From the NCBI GenBank assembly GCA_018653485.1, contig JABHZE010000006.1, positions 132,491 to 196,490 on the forward strand: a DNA stretch of 64,000 nucleotides. Reading direction: 5' to 3'. The DNA is from an archaeon. Its GTDB lineage: Archaea; Nanobdellota; Nanobdellia; Pacearchaeales; GW2011-AR1. A program made the translations under genes and the position numbers. This document shows positions 24,824-34,550 of the stretch, in pieces. The stretch's first letter is position 1. Each line of letters starts with the position of its first letter. A model generated the notes under the pieces. That model was given only the letters and a program-made list of their open reading frames with translations. It was not told where the DNA came from and did no database searches.

Positions 24824-25993
24824 ATGGTAAGCAAAAGATTTCTCTCAACAATGTTTACATTATCTGGTTCAATTATGGGTGCTGGAATTTTAGGGTTGCC
24901 TTATGTTTTTGCTAAGGCTGGTTTTTTTACAGGATTATTTTGGTTATTATTTTTAGGAGGAATTATGATTTATGTTTGTTTGTGTTTGGGAGAAGTTAGT
25001 TTAAGAACAAAAGAAGTTCATCAATTAACAGGTTATGCTGAAAAGTATTTAGGGAAAAATGGTAAGAGAATTATGTTTTTAGTAGTTGTTTTTGGAGTTT
25101 ATTCTGCATTATTAGCTTATTTAATTGGAGAAGGACAGAGTTTATCTAAAATTATTACGGGGAGTGTTGATTCTGCTATTTATTTTTCAATTGGTTTTTG
25201 GTTGTTTATGACTGTTTTGTTAAGGCAAGGTTTGAAAGGTTTGAAAAAAGTTGAAACTTATGGAGTGATGATTGTTCTTATCCTTATTTTAATTATTGCT
25301 GGATGGTATTCTAGTCAAGTGGATATAAGTAATATTATGAGGTTTCCACAGATGGATTTGGTTGGAATGGATTTTTTTTCAAGTTTGTTTTTCCCTTTTG
25401 GAGTTATATTATTTGCAATAATGGGATTTACTGCTATTCCTGAATTAAGGATGGAGATTAGGGGTAGTGAGAAAAAATTAAAGAAAGCGATAATTATTGG
25501 GGTTTTAATTCCTATAATTGTCTATATTATATTTAGTTTTGTTTTTGTAGGTGTTTTAAATGAAAGTGTTAATAAAGTTGCCACATTAAGTTTTTTTAGT
25601 CAGGAAAATATAGGTTTTGGAGGATTAATAACTATTTTGTTAGGTGTTTTTACAATGCTTACTAGTTATTTTGTTTTGAGTTTTGCACTGATGGATACTT
25701 TTAAATATGATTTAAAGGTATCTGATTTTACTAATTTCTTTTTTGTATCCGCATTTCCTTTGTTAGGTTTTTTAGTATTATCTTTTTTTAATTTATTGGA
25801 TTTTGTAAGCATTTTAGGAATTGGAGGAGTTATTTCAGGAGGATTAACTGGAATGTTGATTTTAATTATGGCTAAAAAAGCTAAGAAAAGTCGTGGAAGA
25901 AAACCAGAATATAAAATGCCTATAAATTGGTTTGTTATAGGATTATTAAGTTTGATTTTTATTATAGGAATAGTTATGCAATTGGTTTTTTAG
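24824..25993 (+). CDS. Amino acid permease (Trp/Tyr permease-like, ~11 TM)
   Basis: N-terminal FTLSGSIMGAGILGLPYVFAKAG motif. Polytopic. Confidence 0.65.
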   Translation: MVSKRFLSTMFTLSGSIMGAGILGLPYVFAKAGFFTGLFWLLFLGGIMIYVCLCLGEVSLRTKEVHQLTGYAEKYLGKNGKRIMFLVVVFGVYSALLAYLIGEGQSLSKIITGSVDSAIYFSIGFWLFMTVLLRQGLKGLKKVETYGVMIVLILILIIAGWYSSQVDISNIMRFPQMDLVGMDFFSSLFFPFGVILFAIMGFTAIPELRMEIRGSEKKLKKAIIIGVLIPIIVYIIFSFVFVGVLNESVNKVATLSFFSQENIGFGGLITILLGVFTMLTSYFVLSFALMDTFKYDLKVSDFTNFFFVSAFPLLGFLVLSFFNLLDFVSILGIGGVISGGLTGMLILIMAKKAKKSRGRKPEYKMPINWFVIGLLSLIFIIGIVMQLVF

Positions 25994-26001
25994 AATTAAA
26001 A

Positions 26002-26982
26002 TTATTTCTTTTTCCTAAATTTAAAATATAAAAATGTTAAAATAATTATTGCTAATGGAATTAATAATATTAATGCAGAATATGTTTGATTAAAGTTTTT
26101 TATGGAAAATCCTGTAAATTTGGGTAGGAAGGTATTTGCATAATTTAAGATTATTAAAAATCCAATTACCAATGGAATAATTGCTATTTTTACTAATTTT
26201 TCTAGTGTTGGTTTTTTTCTTTCTGGTTCTTTTGGTTTTTCTTTTAATTCTTTTGGAAGAGGTTTGTTAAGTTCATATAATGGATTTTTTCTAAAAAATC
26301 TCATTCTAACTTCTCTATCTTGTAATTCAAATAATTTTTTATAATCTGATATTTGTTCTAAATCTGTTTTTTCTGCAAAATCATAAGGTCTTTGATGTGT
26401 TAATATATTTCTTCTTACTGCTTTTGCTTGATCTTGTCCATGTTTTATTTTTTCAGGAGTTATGTCTGGATGTTCATATTCTCCTTTTTCATATTTTTCC
26501 CAATCCTTAAGCCCTTGAGTTATTTTTTTTAATTCTTCTACTGCTTGTTTTCTTGTTTCTTTTCTTTTTGGAAATTTTAAATCATCATTAGGCGTTGCAA
26601 TTTTTTTAAGAATTTTTCTTCCTAAATATCCAAAAAATTCATCTGTGTGTTCTTCGGTTTCAGGTATTTGAAATGTAGGAGGTTCAATCCCTAAATAATG
26701 TTTTAATGTTTGAACTACTCCTAATTTTTTAGAGGTAGGATGTTTAACTCTACTTCTAATAAAATGTCCTATTTCTTCCCCTAATACATTTCCAGAATAA
26801 ACATCTCCTTGATTTATTTTTATTAAATTTGCGTTAGGATCATATTCTGAACGTCCATCTGTTAAAACTGCATGTGCATATTCTGATTCAGGAATATCTA
26901 TATCTAATTCATGAGTCATACGATCAATTAATCTGTAAACATTTGCATCAAGTTTTCTGTTAGTAATTCCTCTTTGTTTCAT
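26002..26982 (-). CDS. Hypothetical protein with C-terminal double TM anchor
   Basis: Soluble K/E-rich N-terminal ~260 aa and two C-terminal hydrophobic segments. No canonical catalytic motif. Confidence 0.4.
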   Translation of the reverse strand: MKQRGITNRKLDANVYRLIDRMTHELDIDIPESEYAHAVLTDGRSEYDPNANLIKINQGDVYSGNVLGEEIGHFIRSRVKHPTSKKLGVVQTLKHYLGIEPPTFQIPETEEHTDEFFGYLGRKILKKIATPNDDLKFPKRKETRKQAVEELKKITQGLKDWEKYEKGEYEHPDITPEKIKHGQDQAKAVRRNILTHQRPYDFAEKTDLEQISDYKKLFELQDREVRMRFFRKNPLYELNKPLPKELKEKPKEPERKKPTLEKLVKIAIIPLVIGFLIILNYANTFLPKFTGFSIKNFNQTYSALILLIPLAIIILTFLYFKFRKKK

Positions 26983-27026
26983 AGAATTAATAATATTTGT
27001 TTGATTATAAATTTATTGTAGATGAA

Positions 27027-28415
27027 TTATTTTAATTCATTTTCTAAGACTTGTTTAACAATTATGTAATCTGCTCTTTTGTTTGTTTCTTGCATAACTT
27101 TTCCTATTAAGAAATTTAATGCTTGTTTTTGTCCTTGTTTATAATCTTCTGCTGATTTTTTGTTTTCTTTTATTATTTTTTGAGTTATTTTTGATAATTC
27201 TTTTTTATTTGTTATTTTTGCCTCTGATTTTGCCTCTGATTTTGGAGAATAAGATTTTGGTATAAATTTTCTTAAAATTTCTTTTGTTTTAAGGGGGGTA
27301 ATCTTATTTTTTTGTAATAATTCTAAGAGTTCAATTATATGGTCTGGATTTATTTCTAAGTTTTCCATTGTTTTTTTATTATAATTTAAAACTCCAAACC
27401 ATTCTATTGTTATCCAAGGTAATGCAAATTTAGAATCTATTTTTTTTATTACTTCTTCATATAATTCTGCTATATCAATATTTTGTGTTAAAATTTCTGC
27501 ATTTGTTTTATCTATTTTATGTTTTTTAATTATTCTTTGAAGTTTGTCCTGAGGTGTTTCAGGGAGTTGTTTTTCAATTTCTTTAATTCTTTTTTTAGTT
27601 ATTTTAATTGCAGGTAAGTCAGGTTCTGGTATAAATCTATAATCTGCTGCTTGCTCTTTAGTTCTCATAAGTTCTGTTTTATTTGTTTTAGAATTCCATC
27701 TTCTTGTTTCTTGTTGTTTTGGTTTGTCTATTTTATGCCTTTTTAATTCTGATTTAATTGATTTAACAATCTCTGTTATTGAATTTACATTTTTAATTTC
27801 TGCTCTTACTGAGACTCCTTTAATGTTTACATTAACATCTGCTTTTATTCCTGCATCCTTGTTTAAAACTTTCATATATGAAAGTGTTAAAACTAATTGT
27901 CTTAACCATTGTTGAACTTGTTCGGCAGATGTAAAGTCTGGTTCTGTTACTATTTCAATTAAAGGGACTCCTGCACGATTATAATCTACTGTTCCTTTTT
28001 CAGGATTCCAAGCTGCAGGATCTTCTTCTAAATGAACTTCAGTTATTCTTATCCCAAGGAATTTCCCTTTTTCAGCAACAGGGATAGAGTATGCTCCTGA
28101 AATTGTTTTTTGATAGCCAGTAGGCATATCTGGCCAAGAATAATGTTTTCTTTGAAATATTAATGGTTTTTTATCTTCTATTAAATTAGGTTTACAATTT
28201 AACATTAAACCAATTTGAAGAGTTTTATCAATTGCAGATTTATTAGGTAATTGAGGTTTTGAACCTGGTTGTCCTGTACAAACTGGGCAAATGTTTGTAT
28301 TTGGTTTAATTTGTTTCATATCATGAAAATTTTTACAAGAACAAAATAATTTTTCTTTTGTTTCTATATATCCATGAATTTCTAGTCCAATCATGTCTTT
28401 TGTATCTTTTTTCAT
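27027..28415 (-). CDS. gatB: Asp/Glu-tRNA amidotransferase subunit B
   Basis: GLEIHGYIETKEKLFCSC, NTNICPVCTGQPGSKP, HLEEDPA, NRAGVPLIEIVTEPD, EIKNVNS, C-terminal YqeY-like tail. Start set at internal MKKDTKDMIGLEIH. Confidence 0.85.
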   Translation of the reverse strand: MKKDTKDMIGLEIHGYIETKEKLFCSCKNFHDMKQIKPNTNICPVCTGQPGSKPQLPNKSAIDKTLQIGLMLNCKPNLIEDKKPLIFQRKHYSWPDMPTGYQKTISGAYSIPVAEKGKFLGIRITEVHLEEDPAAWNPEKGTVDYNRAGVPLIEIVTEPDFTSAEQVQQWLRQLVLTLSYMKVLNKDAGIKADVNVNIKGVSVRAEIKNVNSITEIVKSIKSELKRHKIDKPKQQETRRWNSKTNKTELMRTKEQAADYRFIPEPDLPAIKITKKRIKEIEKQLPETPQDKLQRIIKKHKIDKTNAEILTQNIDIAELYEEVIKKIDSKFALPWITIEWFGVLNYNKKTMENLEINPDHIIELLELLQKNKITPLKTKEILRKFIPKSYSPKSEAKSEAKITNKKELSKITQKIIKENKKSAEDYKQGQKQALNFLIGKVMQETNKRADYIIVKQVLENELK

Positions 28416-28475
28416 GAAAATAAGGGGGAATTTATGTTTAATAAGGTTTTTATATTGGATTTTATTCAAAGGAAT

Positions 28476-29792
28476 ATGAAAAAGCCATATAAGAAACCAG
28501 AACCAGGAGATAAAGTTGAAATTAGTATTAATGGTAAGAATGAAATTGGAATTTTGTTAGAGAGTCATGATAGGGGAGTTTTGTTATTGAAGCTAGATAA
28601 TGGTTATAATGTTGGTTTTAAGAAAGAAGATATTAGTGAGATTAAGGTGGTTGAACAAGGTAGTGCATTGCAGGAGAATATAGAATCAGGTTTTGATGGA
28701 AAAACTGAAGGGAAGATGTCAGGTAAAAAACCAATTATTGATTTTATTATTACGGGGGGAACAATTTCTTCAAAATTAGATCCTAAGACTGGAGGGGTTA
28801 AGGATTTAACAGATTCTAAGGAATTTTTTAAAATGTATCCTGAGATTTTTGAAAAAACAGATGTAAGGATTAAAAATCCATTTATGAAATGGAGTGAAAA
28901 TATGGATTCTAAGGATTGGATTAGGATTGCAAAACTTGTTGAAAAAAGTTTAAATGATCCTCATGTTAAGGGAGTGATTATTAGTCATGGAACTGATTTT
29001 TTGCATTATACTGCTTCTGCTTTGTCATTTATGCTTGGTAAATTGAATAAACCTGTTGTGTTAACTTATTCTCAGAGGAGTTCTGATAGGGGGAGTAGTG
29101 ATGCTAGATTGAATTTGTTATGTAGTGCTAATATGGCTTTATCAGATGTTGCTGAAGTAATGTTAGTTGGACATGCAACTAGTAATGATGATTATTGTTA
29201 TGCTTTGCAGGGAAATAAATGTCGTAAAATGCATACATCAAGAAGAGATACTTTTAGAGCTATTAATTGTAAACCTATTGCTAAAGTTTGGGGAGATGGA
29301 AAAATAGAATTTTTAAGAAATGGATTTAATAAGAGGAATAAAGAAAAAGTTAAAGCAGATGCTGTTTTTGATGATAGAATTGGATTGATTAAGTTTTATC
29401 CAGGACAAGATCCAGGTATTTTAGATTATTATAGGAAGAAAGGTTATAGGGGAGTTATTATTGAAATGAGTGGTTTGGGACATGTTATTACTGGAGGAAG
29501 TAATAATTGGATTTCTAAATTAAAAGAAGTTATTGGAAAAAGATTATTTGTTTATTCTGTTGCTCAGACTATTTATGGGAGATTAGATGCTTTTGTTTAT
29601 GAGGCGGGTAGAAAGATTCAAGATACAGGGGTTGTTTATTTAGATGATATGCTTTCTGAAACTGCTTTAGTAAAACTTGGATGGGTTTTAGGACATAAGG
29701 AATGGAGAGGAAATGTTGCAACTAGTAAAAAAATGAAAGAAAATATTGCTAATGAATTTAATAAAAGATTAGGCAGTGAATTTTTGGAGTAA
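28476..29792 (+). CDS. gatD: Glu-tRNA(Gln) amidotransferase subunit D
   Basis: N-terminal small domain plus asparaginase-like domain (ITGGTISS, ISHGTDFLHYTA). Start set at internal MKKPYKKPEPGD. Confidence 0.85.
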   Translation: MKKPYKKPEPGDKVEISINGKNEIGILLESHDRGVLLLKLDNGYNVGFKKEDISEIKVVEQGSALQENIESGFDGKTEGKMSGKKPIIDFIITGGTISSKLDPKTGGVKDLTDSKEFFKMYPEIFEKTDVRIKNPFMKWSENMDSKDWIRIAKLVEKSLNDPHVKGVIISHGTDFLHYTASALSFMLGKLNKPVVLTYSQRSSDRGSSDARLNLLCSANMALSDVAEVMLVGHATSNDDYCYALQGNKCRKMHTSRRDTFRAINCKPIAKVWGDGKIEFLRNGFNKRNKEKVKADAVFDDRIGLIKFYPGQDPGILDYYRKKGYRGVIIEMSGLGHVITGGSNNWISKLKEVIGKRLFVYSVAQTIYGRLDAFVYEAGRKIQDTGVVYLDDMLSETALVKLGWVLGHKEWRGNVATSKKMKENIANEFNKRLGSEFLE

Positions 29793-29795
29793 ATA

Positions 29796-30830
29796 ATGGA
29801 TTTTTTAAAAGGTAATAAAGAAGATTTTTTGAATTTTTTAAATTCAATTAATGATGAGAATGTTGCGGTGTTAACACATACTGATTTAGATGGAATTAGT
29901 TCTGCTATTTTTTTAAATGAGATTTTAAAAGAAAAAGGTATTGAATGTAGTTATCTTAATTTTTTGAGTTTGGATAAAGGATTATTTTCTAATGTGTGGG
30001 GGGAATTAATTGAGAATAATATTGAAAAGATTTTTGTTTGTGATATTTCTGCTGATGCTGATTTAGAAGATTTTGAAAAATTAAGAAAAGAATTTGATGT
30101 TTTTTTAATCGATCATCATCCTTTTGATGGGGAATTGGAAAGTTGGAAAAATGTTGTGAAGGCTGGAAGTGATGATTGTGCAGGATTAATGGTTTATGAA
30201 TTAGGGGAGGAGTTATTTGATAGAGAAAAATGGAGGTGGTTATTGGATGCGGTGATAATTGCTGATTTTTCATTTAAGAAAAAAGAGAATTTAGAAAAAT
30301 TGAAAGAAAATTACTCTGAGATTAATGAGGAAAATATTTTTGAAAGTATTTCAGGAATATTAGTTAAAAAAATTGATGCTAATCTTACTTATTTTGAAAA
30401 AGATTTAAGGAAAGTTTATGATATGGTTTATAATAAAGAGTTTGATAAACTTGAAGAAACCTATTTAATTATTCAAAAAGAAATTGATTCTTTCATAAAT
30501 AAATTTGAAGAAGATGCAGAATTTTTTCCTGAGAAAAATCTTTATATTTATTATTTTAAACCTAAATTTAAAATCTCTTCAACATTAAGTACATTGATTT
30601 CATTAAAATATAAAACAAAATCTTTGATTTTTATTGTTGAGGATACAAAAGATGAAAATTATTTGAAAATGAGTGCAAGAAATCAAAATGCTAGTGAAGA
30701 TATGAATAAATTATTAAAAAAAGGTATTGAAGGTTTGGAAGATGCTAATGCAGGAGGGCATGCAGCTGCATCTGGTGCAAGAATTATGAAAAAAGATTTA
30801 GATGAGTTTAAGAAGAATTTGTTGAGTTGA
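29796..30830 (+). CDS. DHH/DHHA1 phosphoesterase paralog
   Basis: VLTHTDLDGISS, LIDHHP, ANAGGHAAASGA. Starts 3 nt after the gatD stop. Confidence 0.7.
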   Translation: MDFLKGNKEDFLNFLNSINDENVAVLTHTDLDGISSAIFLNEILKEKGIECSYLNFLSLDKGLFSNVWGELIENNIEKIFVCDISADADLEDFEKLRKEFDVFLIDHHPFDGELESWKNVVKAGSDDCAGLMVYELGEELFDREKWRWLLDAVIIADFSFKKKENLEKLKENYSEINEENIFESISGILVKKIDANLTYFEKDLRKVYDMVYNKEFDKLEETYLIIQKEIDSFINKFEEDAEFFPEKNLYIYYFKPKFKISSTLSTLISLKYKTKSLIFIVEDTKDENYLKMSARNQNASEDMNKLLKKGIEGLEDANAGGHAAASGARIMKKDLDEFKKNLLS

Positions 30831-31052
30831 TTAAATATCATCCCTATGTTTAAACCCTTCTTTTAATTTATCTGAATATGTTGGTGCAGTAATCTTTGAA
30901 AAAGCTTCTTCCTCATATCTTATTGCTCGTGTATTTGCCCCATCAATACCTCCTAAAACTCGAGGGTTACATTTATGAGTGAGAAATTCTGGGGGGTCTA
31001 GATATCTGCCACAGATAGGGCAATGATCTCTTTCATTATTGGGTCTTGCCAT
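30831..31052 (-). CDS. Small zinc-finger protein
   Basis: CPICGRYLDPPEFLTHKC (C2HC-like). Confidence 0.35.
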   Translation of the reverse strand: MARPNNERDHCPICGRYLDPPEFLTHKCNPRVLGGIDGANTRAIRYEEEAFSKITAPTYSDKLKEGFKHRDDI

Positions 31053-31085
31053 AAAAATATATTGAAATTTATTTTTTAAATGTTT

Positions 31086-31577
31086 CTATTTTTTAAAATT
31101 TCTTTCAATTCTGTCTAGCTGTTTTTTAATTTCCTGAATTTCTTTTTCAGCTTTTCTATTAACACTATAATCATATTCTGCTCTTACCCTATCTCTTTGT
31201 GAAGAACGATTTTGACTCATTAAAATAACTGGTGCTTGAATTGCAGCTAAACAAGATAAAATTAAATTTAATAATATAAATGGATAAATATCATTAAATG
31301 CGCCTCCTTGGATAAATCTTAAAATAAAATATCCCTCTGTTGCCATCCAAAAACCAATAAAAATAAAAAACAAAGTTATAAATGTCCAACTACCTGCCCA
31401 TTTTGCAATCCAATCTGCTGTTTTTTGTCCTGGTGTTAACTTTTTTTTATCTGGGAATATTGCTTTAGAAATGTTTTCGGTTATTTTTTCTGTTCCTTTC
31501 ATAGGGGCGTTTATTGCAGATTTAGCAAGTTTATTGATACTATTTTTTGTTTTTTTCACTTCTTTTTTAAGGCCCAT
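31086..31577 (-). CDS. DUF1003-family membrane protein
   Basis: ADWIAKWAGSWTFI, YPFILLNLILSCLAAIQAPVILMSQNR, RDRVRAEYDYSVNRKAE match my recollection of the DUF1003 signature. Confidence 0.7.
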   Translation of the reverse strand: MGLKKEVKKTKNSINKLAKSAINAPMKGTEKITENISKAIFPDKKKLTPGQKTADWIAKWAGSWTFITLFFIFIGFWMATEGYFILRFIQGGAFNDIYPFILLNLILSCLAAIQAPVILMSQNRSSQRDRVRAEYDYSVNRKAEKEIQEIKKQLDRIERNFKK

Positions 31578-31694
31578 AATAGGATTAAGATGAAGTGGTT
31601 TATATAGGTTTTGTGGGTCGGGGTTGATTGTTGGGGGTTTGAATGTTTTAGTTGTAGTTTAGTTGTAACTAAGGAGTAGGGACAGATAGAAAGG

Positions 31695-31703
31695 TTTTTA
31701 AAT
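31695..31703 (+). promoter_or_regulatory. TATA box, leaderless spacing to the 31724 ATG
   Basis: TTTTTAAAT centred about 25 nt upstream of the ATG. Confidence 0.4.
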
Positions 31704-31723
31704 GCAAATTGTTCTAAGTTATT

Positions 31724-32554
31724 ATGGCAAAAATAGATTACGATCCTAAAACATTGGACGATAAAATAATTGTAGATGGACATCGTGCAGTGGCAACTTT
31801 AAAGGACAATCCACTTTCAAGAGGGATGTATTTTGTTGTAGGTGGTTTTGCTACTCAAAGTTATCTTCCTTCTTCATGTAGAAGACAAACTTGTGATATT
31901 GATTTAGCAGTTTTACAAAGATTAAATAAAGCAGATTTTAGGGCTTTTTCAAGCACAGCTAGGGAATTTCTTGAAGATAATGGCTATGAGGTTAGTGATA
32001 GAAAGACTCAGGGAGCTTTTTGTTTAGATTATTGTAATGTTGAAGGAGATAGATCTTATATAGAATTTCCAAGATTTAGTAAGAAGAGATTTGCAGAAAA
32101 AAAATCTTCTCTTGAAAGAGAAAGAGAACATGCAAGAATTAAATTAGTTGAAGGAACAGGAGATACTTACATGGTTGCGAGTCCGGAAGATATTATGGTT
32201 CCAAAATTAATGAGGTCTGTTAATTCTTTTAAGCGAAATCCTCTTTTTGAAGGATTTATTGCTAGGATGCAGTCTCTTTCAGATGAAGAAGTTAGAGAAA
32301 AATTAGAACAACTTAGGGCATTAAAATTAAAAAGTATTCAAGATCCGACAGATGTTCAAAATTTAGAATTATTTAGATTTATTTCTGATATATATGATAT
32401 TAGGTTACTTTCTGAGCTTGCAGGAGCTAATAAGGCATATCTTCGGGAGTCTGCTGGTGCATGGGATACTTTGAAGAAACCTTCTTTTGAAAGAGATCTT
32501 TTAGCAAGATCTGTTCTTCCAGATGAACTAATTCCTCAAGATGGTGAGTGGTAA
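31724..32554 (+). CDS. AbiEii/DUF1814-like nucleotidyltransferase
   Basis: FVVGGFATQSYLPSSCRRQTCDIDLAV (GG...RxxxDxD NTase core) and later ISDIYDIRLL (AbiEii-type DxYD motif). Confidence 0.55.
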   Translation: MAKIDYDPKTLDDKIIVDGHRAVATLKDNPLSRGMYFVVGGFATQSYLPSSCRRQTCDIDLAVLQRLNKADFRAFSSTAREFLEDNGYEVSDRKTQGAFCLDYCNVEGDRSYIEFPRFSKKRFAEKKSSLEREREHARIKLVEGTGDTYMVASPEDIMVPKLMRSVNSFKRNPLFEGFIARMQSLSDEEVREKLEQLRALKLKSIQDPTDVQNLELFRFISDIYDIRLLSELAGANKAYLRESAGAWDTLKKPSFERDLLARSVLPDELIPQDGEW

Positions 32555-32582
32555 AATAAAATTAATATAATTCTAAATAAAA

Positions 32583-32993
32583 ATGCCTAATCCAAGATAT
32601 TTAACTAATGACGGAGAACCTACTGTAGAACTTTTGAGAAAGTTAACTCATGCTAAAAAGATTTTTACTAGGGAATTAGATGGTTTTTGTGATAGTTGGG
32701 GTTATGACCCTAATGAAATTGGATGGGTTGAAAATATTTATCTTATTGGTTCTCATGCAGAAGTTTCTGGATGGACAAATGATACTAGTGATTTAGATTT
32801 AAAAATAATTAATTCAAAGGCATTTCCACAAGCTTTATGGGATTATAAAAGAAGAGTTTTAGATCCTTGTCTTTGTGAAGGTGATGAAAAAAGAAAATGG
32901 ATAGATATATTTTTTGCAAGAAGGGATGATCAAGTTTTATATCCTAGATGGGAATTAACAGAGTATTGGGATAATATTGATTTAAATCACTAA
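32583..32993 (+). CDS. Minimal nucleotidyltransferase (MNT-like)
   Basis: IYLIGSHAEVSGWTNDTSDLDLKI (GS-x10-DxD) and downstream WIDIFFA third acidic residue. Confidence 0.5.
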   Translation: MPNPRYLTNDGEPTVELLRKLTHAKKIFTRELDGFCDSWGYDPNEIGWVENIYLIGSHAEVSGWTNDTSDLDLKIINSKAFPQALWDYKRRVLDPCLCEGDEKRKWIDIFFARRDDQVLYPRWELTEYWDNIDLNH

Positions 32994-33003
32994 TTTTAAA
33001 TAT
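32994..33003 (+). promoter_or_regulatory. TATA box, leaderless spacing to the gatE ATG
   Basis: TTTTAAATAT centred about 26 nt upstream of 33024. Confidence 0.4.
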
Positions 33004-33023
33004 CCTTTATTTCTAAGTTCTTT

Positions 33024-34514
33024 ATGGTAGAGATTAAATCAGGTATTGAGATTGGGAAACAAGTTCAATTCAAATCAGGAATTGAAATCCACCAACAATT
33101 AGATACTCATAAACTTTTTTGTAATTGTCCTTCTCTTTTGAGAAATGATGAGCCAGAATTTCAAGTTAAAAGAAAACTTCATGCTGTTGCTGGTGAATCA
33201 GGGGAAATAGATATTGCTGCAAAACACGAAGCAGAACAAGATAAAGAATTTATTTATCAAGGATATGATAGTACTTGTTTAGTTGAATTAGATGAAGAAC
33301 CTCCTCACTTAATTAATCAAGAGGCCCTTCAAACAGCCCTCCACATTGCCCTCCTTCTTAACTGCGAAATAATTCCAATTGCCCAAGTAATGAGAAAAAC
33401 AGTTGTAGATGGAAGTAATACTTCTGGATTTCAAAGAACTGCATTAATTGCAAGAAATGGTTATGTTGAAACTGATTCCGGGAAAGTGGGAATTGAAAAT
33501 ATATTTTTAGAGGAGGATTCTGGGAGGCCTCCTTCGGGGAGTATTTCTTCTGATAAATTAGATGAAGATTCAAAAATTACAAGGATTTGGAAATTAGATA
33601 GATTAGGAGTCCCATTGGTAGAAATAACAACTGCACCAGATATTAAAACTCCTGAACAAGCAAAAGAAGTTGCATTACATATAGGAGATATTTTAAGAAG
33701 TTGTAAGGTGAAAAGAGGAATTGGAACAATTAGACAAGATATAAACATTTCAATACCTGAACATCCAAGAACTGAAATTAAGGGTTTTCAAGATCCTAAA
33801 ATGATGATTAGAACTGTAGAGTTAGAAGTTGAAAGGCAAAAAAGTAATCTTAAGACAAAAGAAGATTTAGTTAGTCAGGTAAGAGGGGCATTACCAGATG
33901 GAACAAGTAAATTTCAAAGACCAATGCCTGGTGCTTCAAGAATGTATCCTGAAACAGATTTACCTTTGTTAAGAATAAGTAGAGATATTTTGAATAAAGC
34001 AAAGGCTAGTTTGCCTAAATTAAGAAGTGAAGTTAAGGGAGAATTAATTGAAAAAGGATTAAGTGAGGAACAGGTTAAGAGTTTAATGAAACAAAATAAA
34101 TTGGAAGAGTTTAAGGCTTTATTGAATATTATTGATGAACCTAAGTTTATTTTTAAGAGTTTGATTGAAATTCCTAAAGGGATTGCAAGTAGGAATGTAT
34201 CTAATGAAATTAGTGTAGAAAATGTTCTAACAATAGATATAATTGAAAGTATTATTGAAAAAGTTGTTAAGAAAGAAATTTCTAAAGAAGATGTTAAACA
34301 TGTTATGGAAGAAATTGTTAGTGGAAAGAGTTTTGATGAAGCAATTAAAATTGAAAAAGCTAATTTGGGAGATATAGAGGGGGAGATTGCTAATTTAATA
34401 AAATCTAAACCGGGTTTAAGTGTTGGGGGTTATATGGGATTAATAATGAAAGAGTTTAAAGGAAAGATTAGTGGTAAGGAAGTTAATGAAATTTTGAGTA
34501 GATTGTTGGGATAA
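33024..34514 (+). CDS. gatE: Glu-tRNA(Gln) amidotransferase subunit E
   Basis: GIEIHQQLDTHKLFCNC, GYDSTCLVELDEEPP, NTSGFQRTALIA, LGVPLVEITTAPD. Confidence 0.85.
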   Translation: MVEIKSGIEIGKQVQFKSGIEIHQQLDTHKLFCNCPSLLRNDEPEFQVKRKLHAVAGESGEIDIAAKHEAEQDKEFIYQGYDSTCLVELDEEPPHLINQEALQTALHIALLLNCEIIPIAQVMRKTVVDGSNTSGFQRTALIARNGYVETDSGKVGIENIFLEEDSGRPPSGSISSDKLDEDSKITRIWKLDRLGVPLVEITTAPDIKTPEQAKEVALHIGDILRSCKVKRGIGTIRQDINISIPEHPRTEIKGFQDPKMMIRTVELEVERQKSNLKTKEDLVSQVRGALPDGTSKFQRPMPGASRMYPETDLPLLRISRDILNKAKASLPKLRSEVKGELIEKGLSEEQVKSLMKQNKLEEFKALLNIIDEPKFIFKSLIEIPKGIASRNVSNEISVENVLTIDIIESIIEKVVKKEISKEDVKHVMEEIVSGKSFDEAIKIEKANLGDIEGEIANLIKSKPGLSVGGYMGLIMKEFKGKISGKEVNEILSRLLG

Positions 34515-34550
34515 TCTTAGATAGGTTAATAAAGGGTAAATGTTTTTAAT

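Noticed and set aside
26002-26982. Possible zinc metalloprotease (GEEIGHF)
   Set aside because: The motif is not HExxH because the first His is missing, and there is no third ligand context. It is left as hypothetical.
31556-31783. Minus-strand 75-aa ORF
   Set aside because: It spans the divergent promoter/G-rich spacer and overlaps the starts of both flanking genes. It has no motif and is likely spurious.
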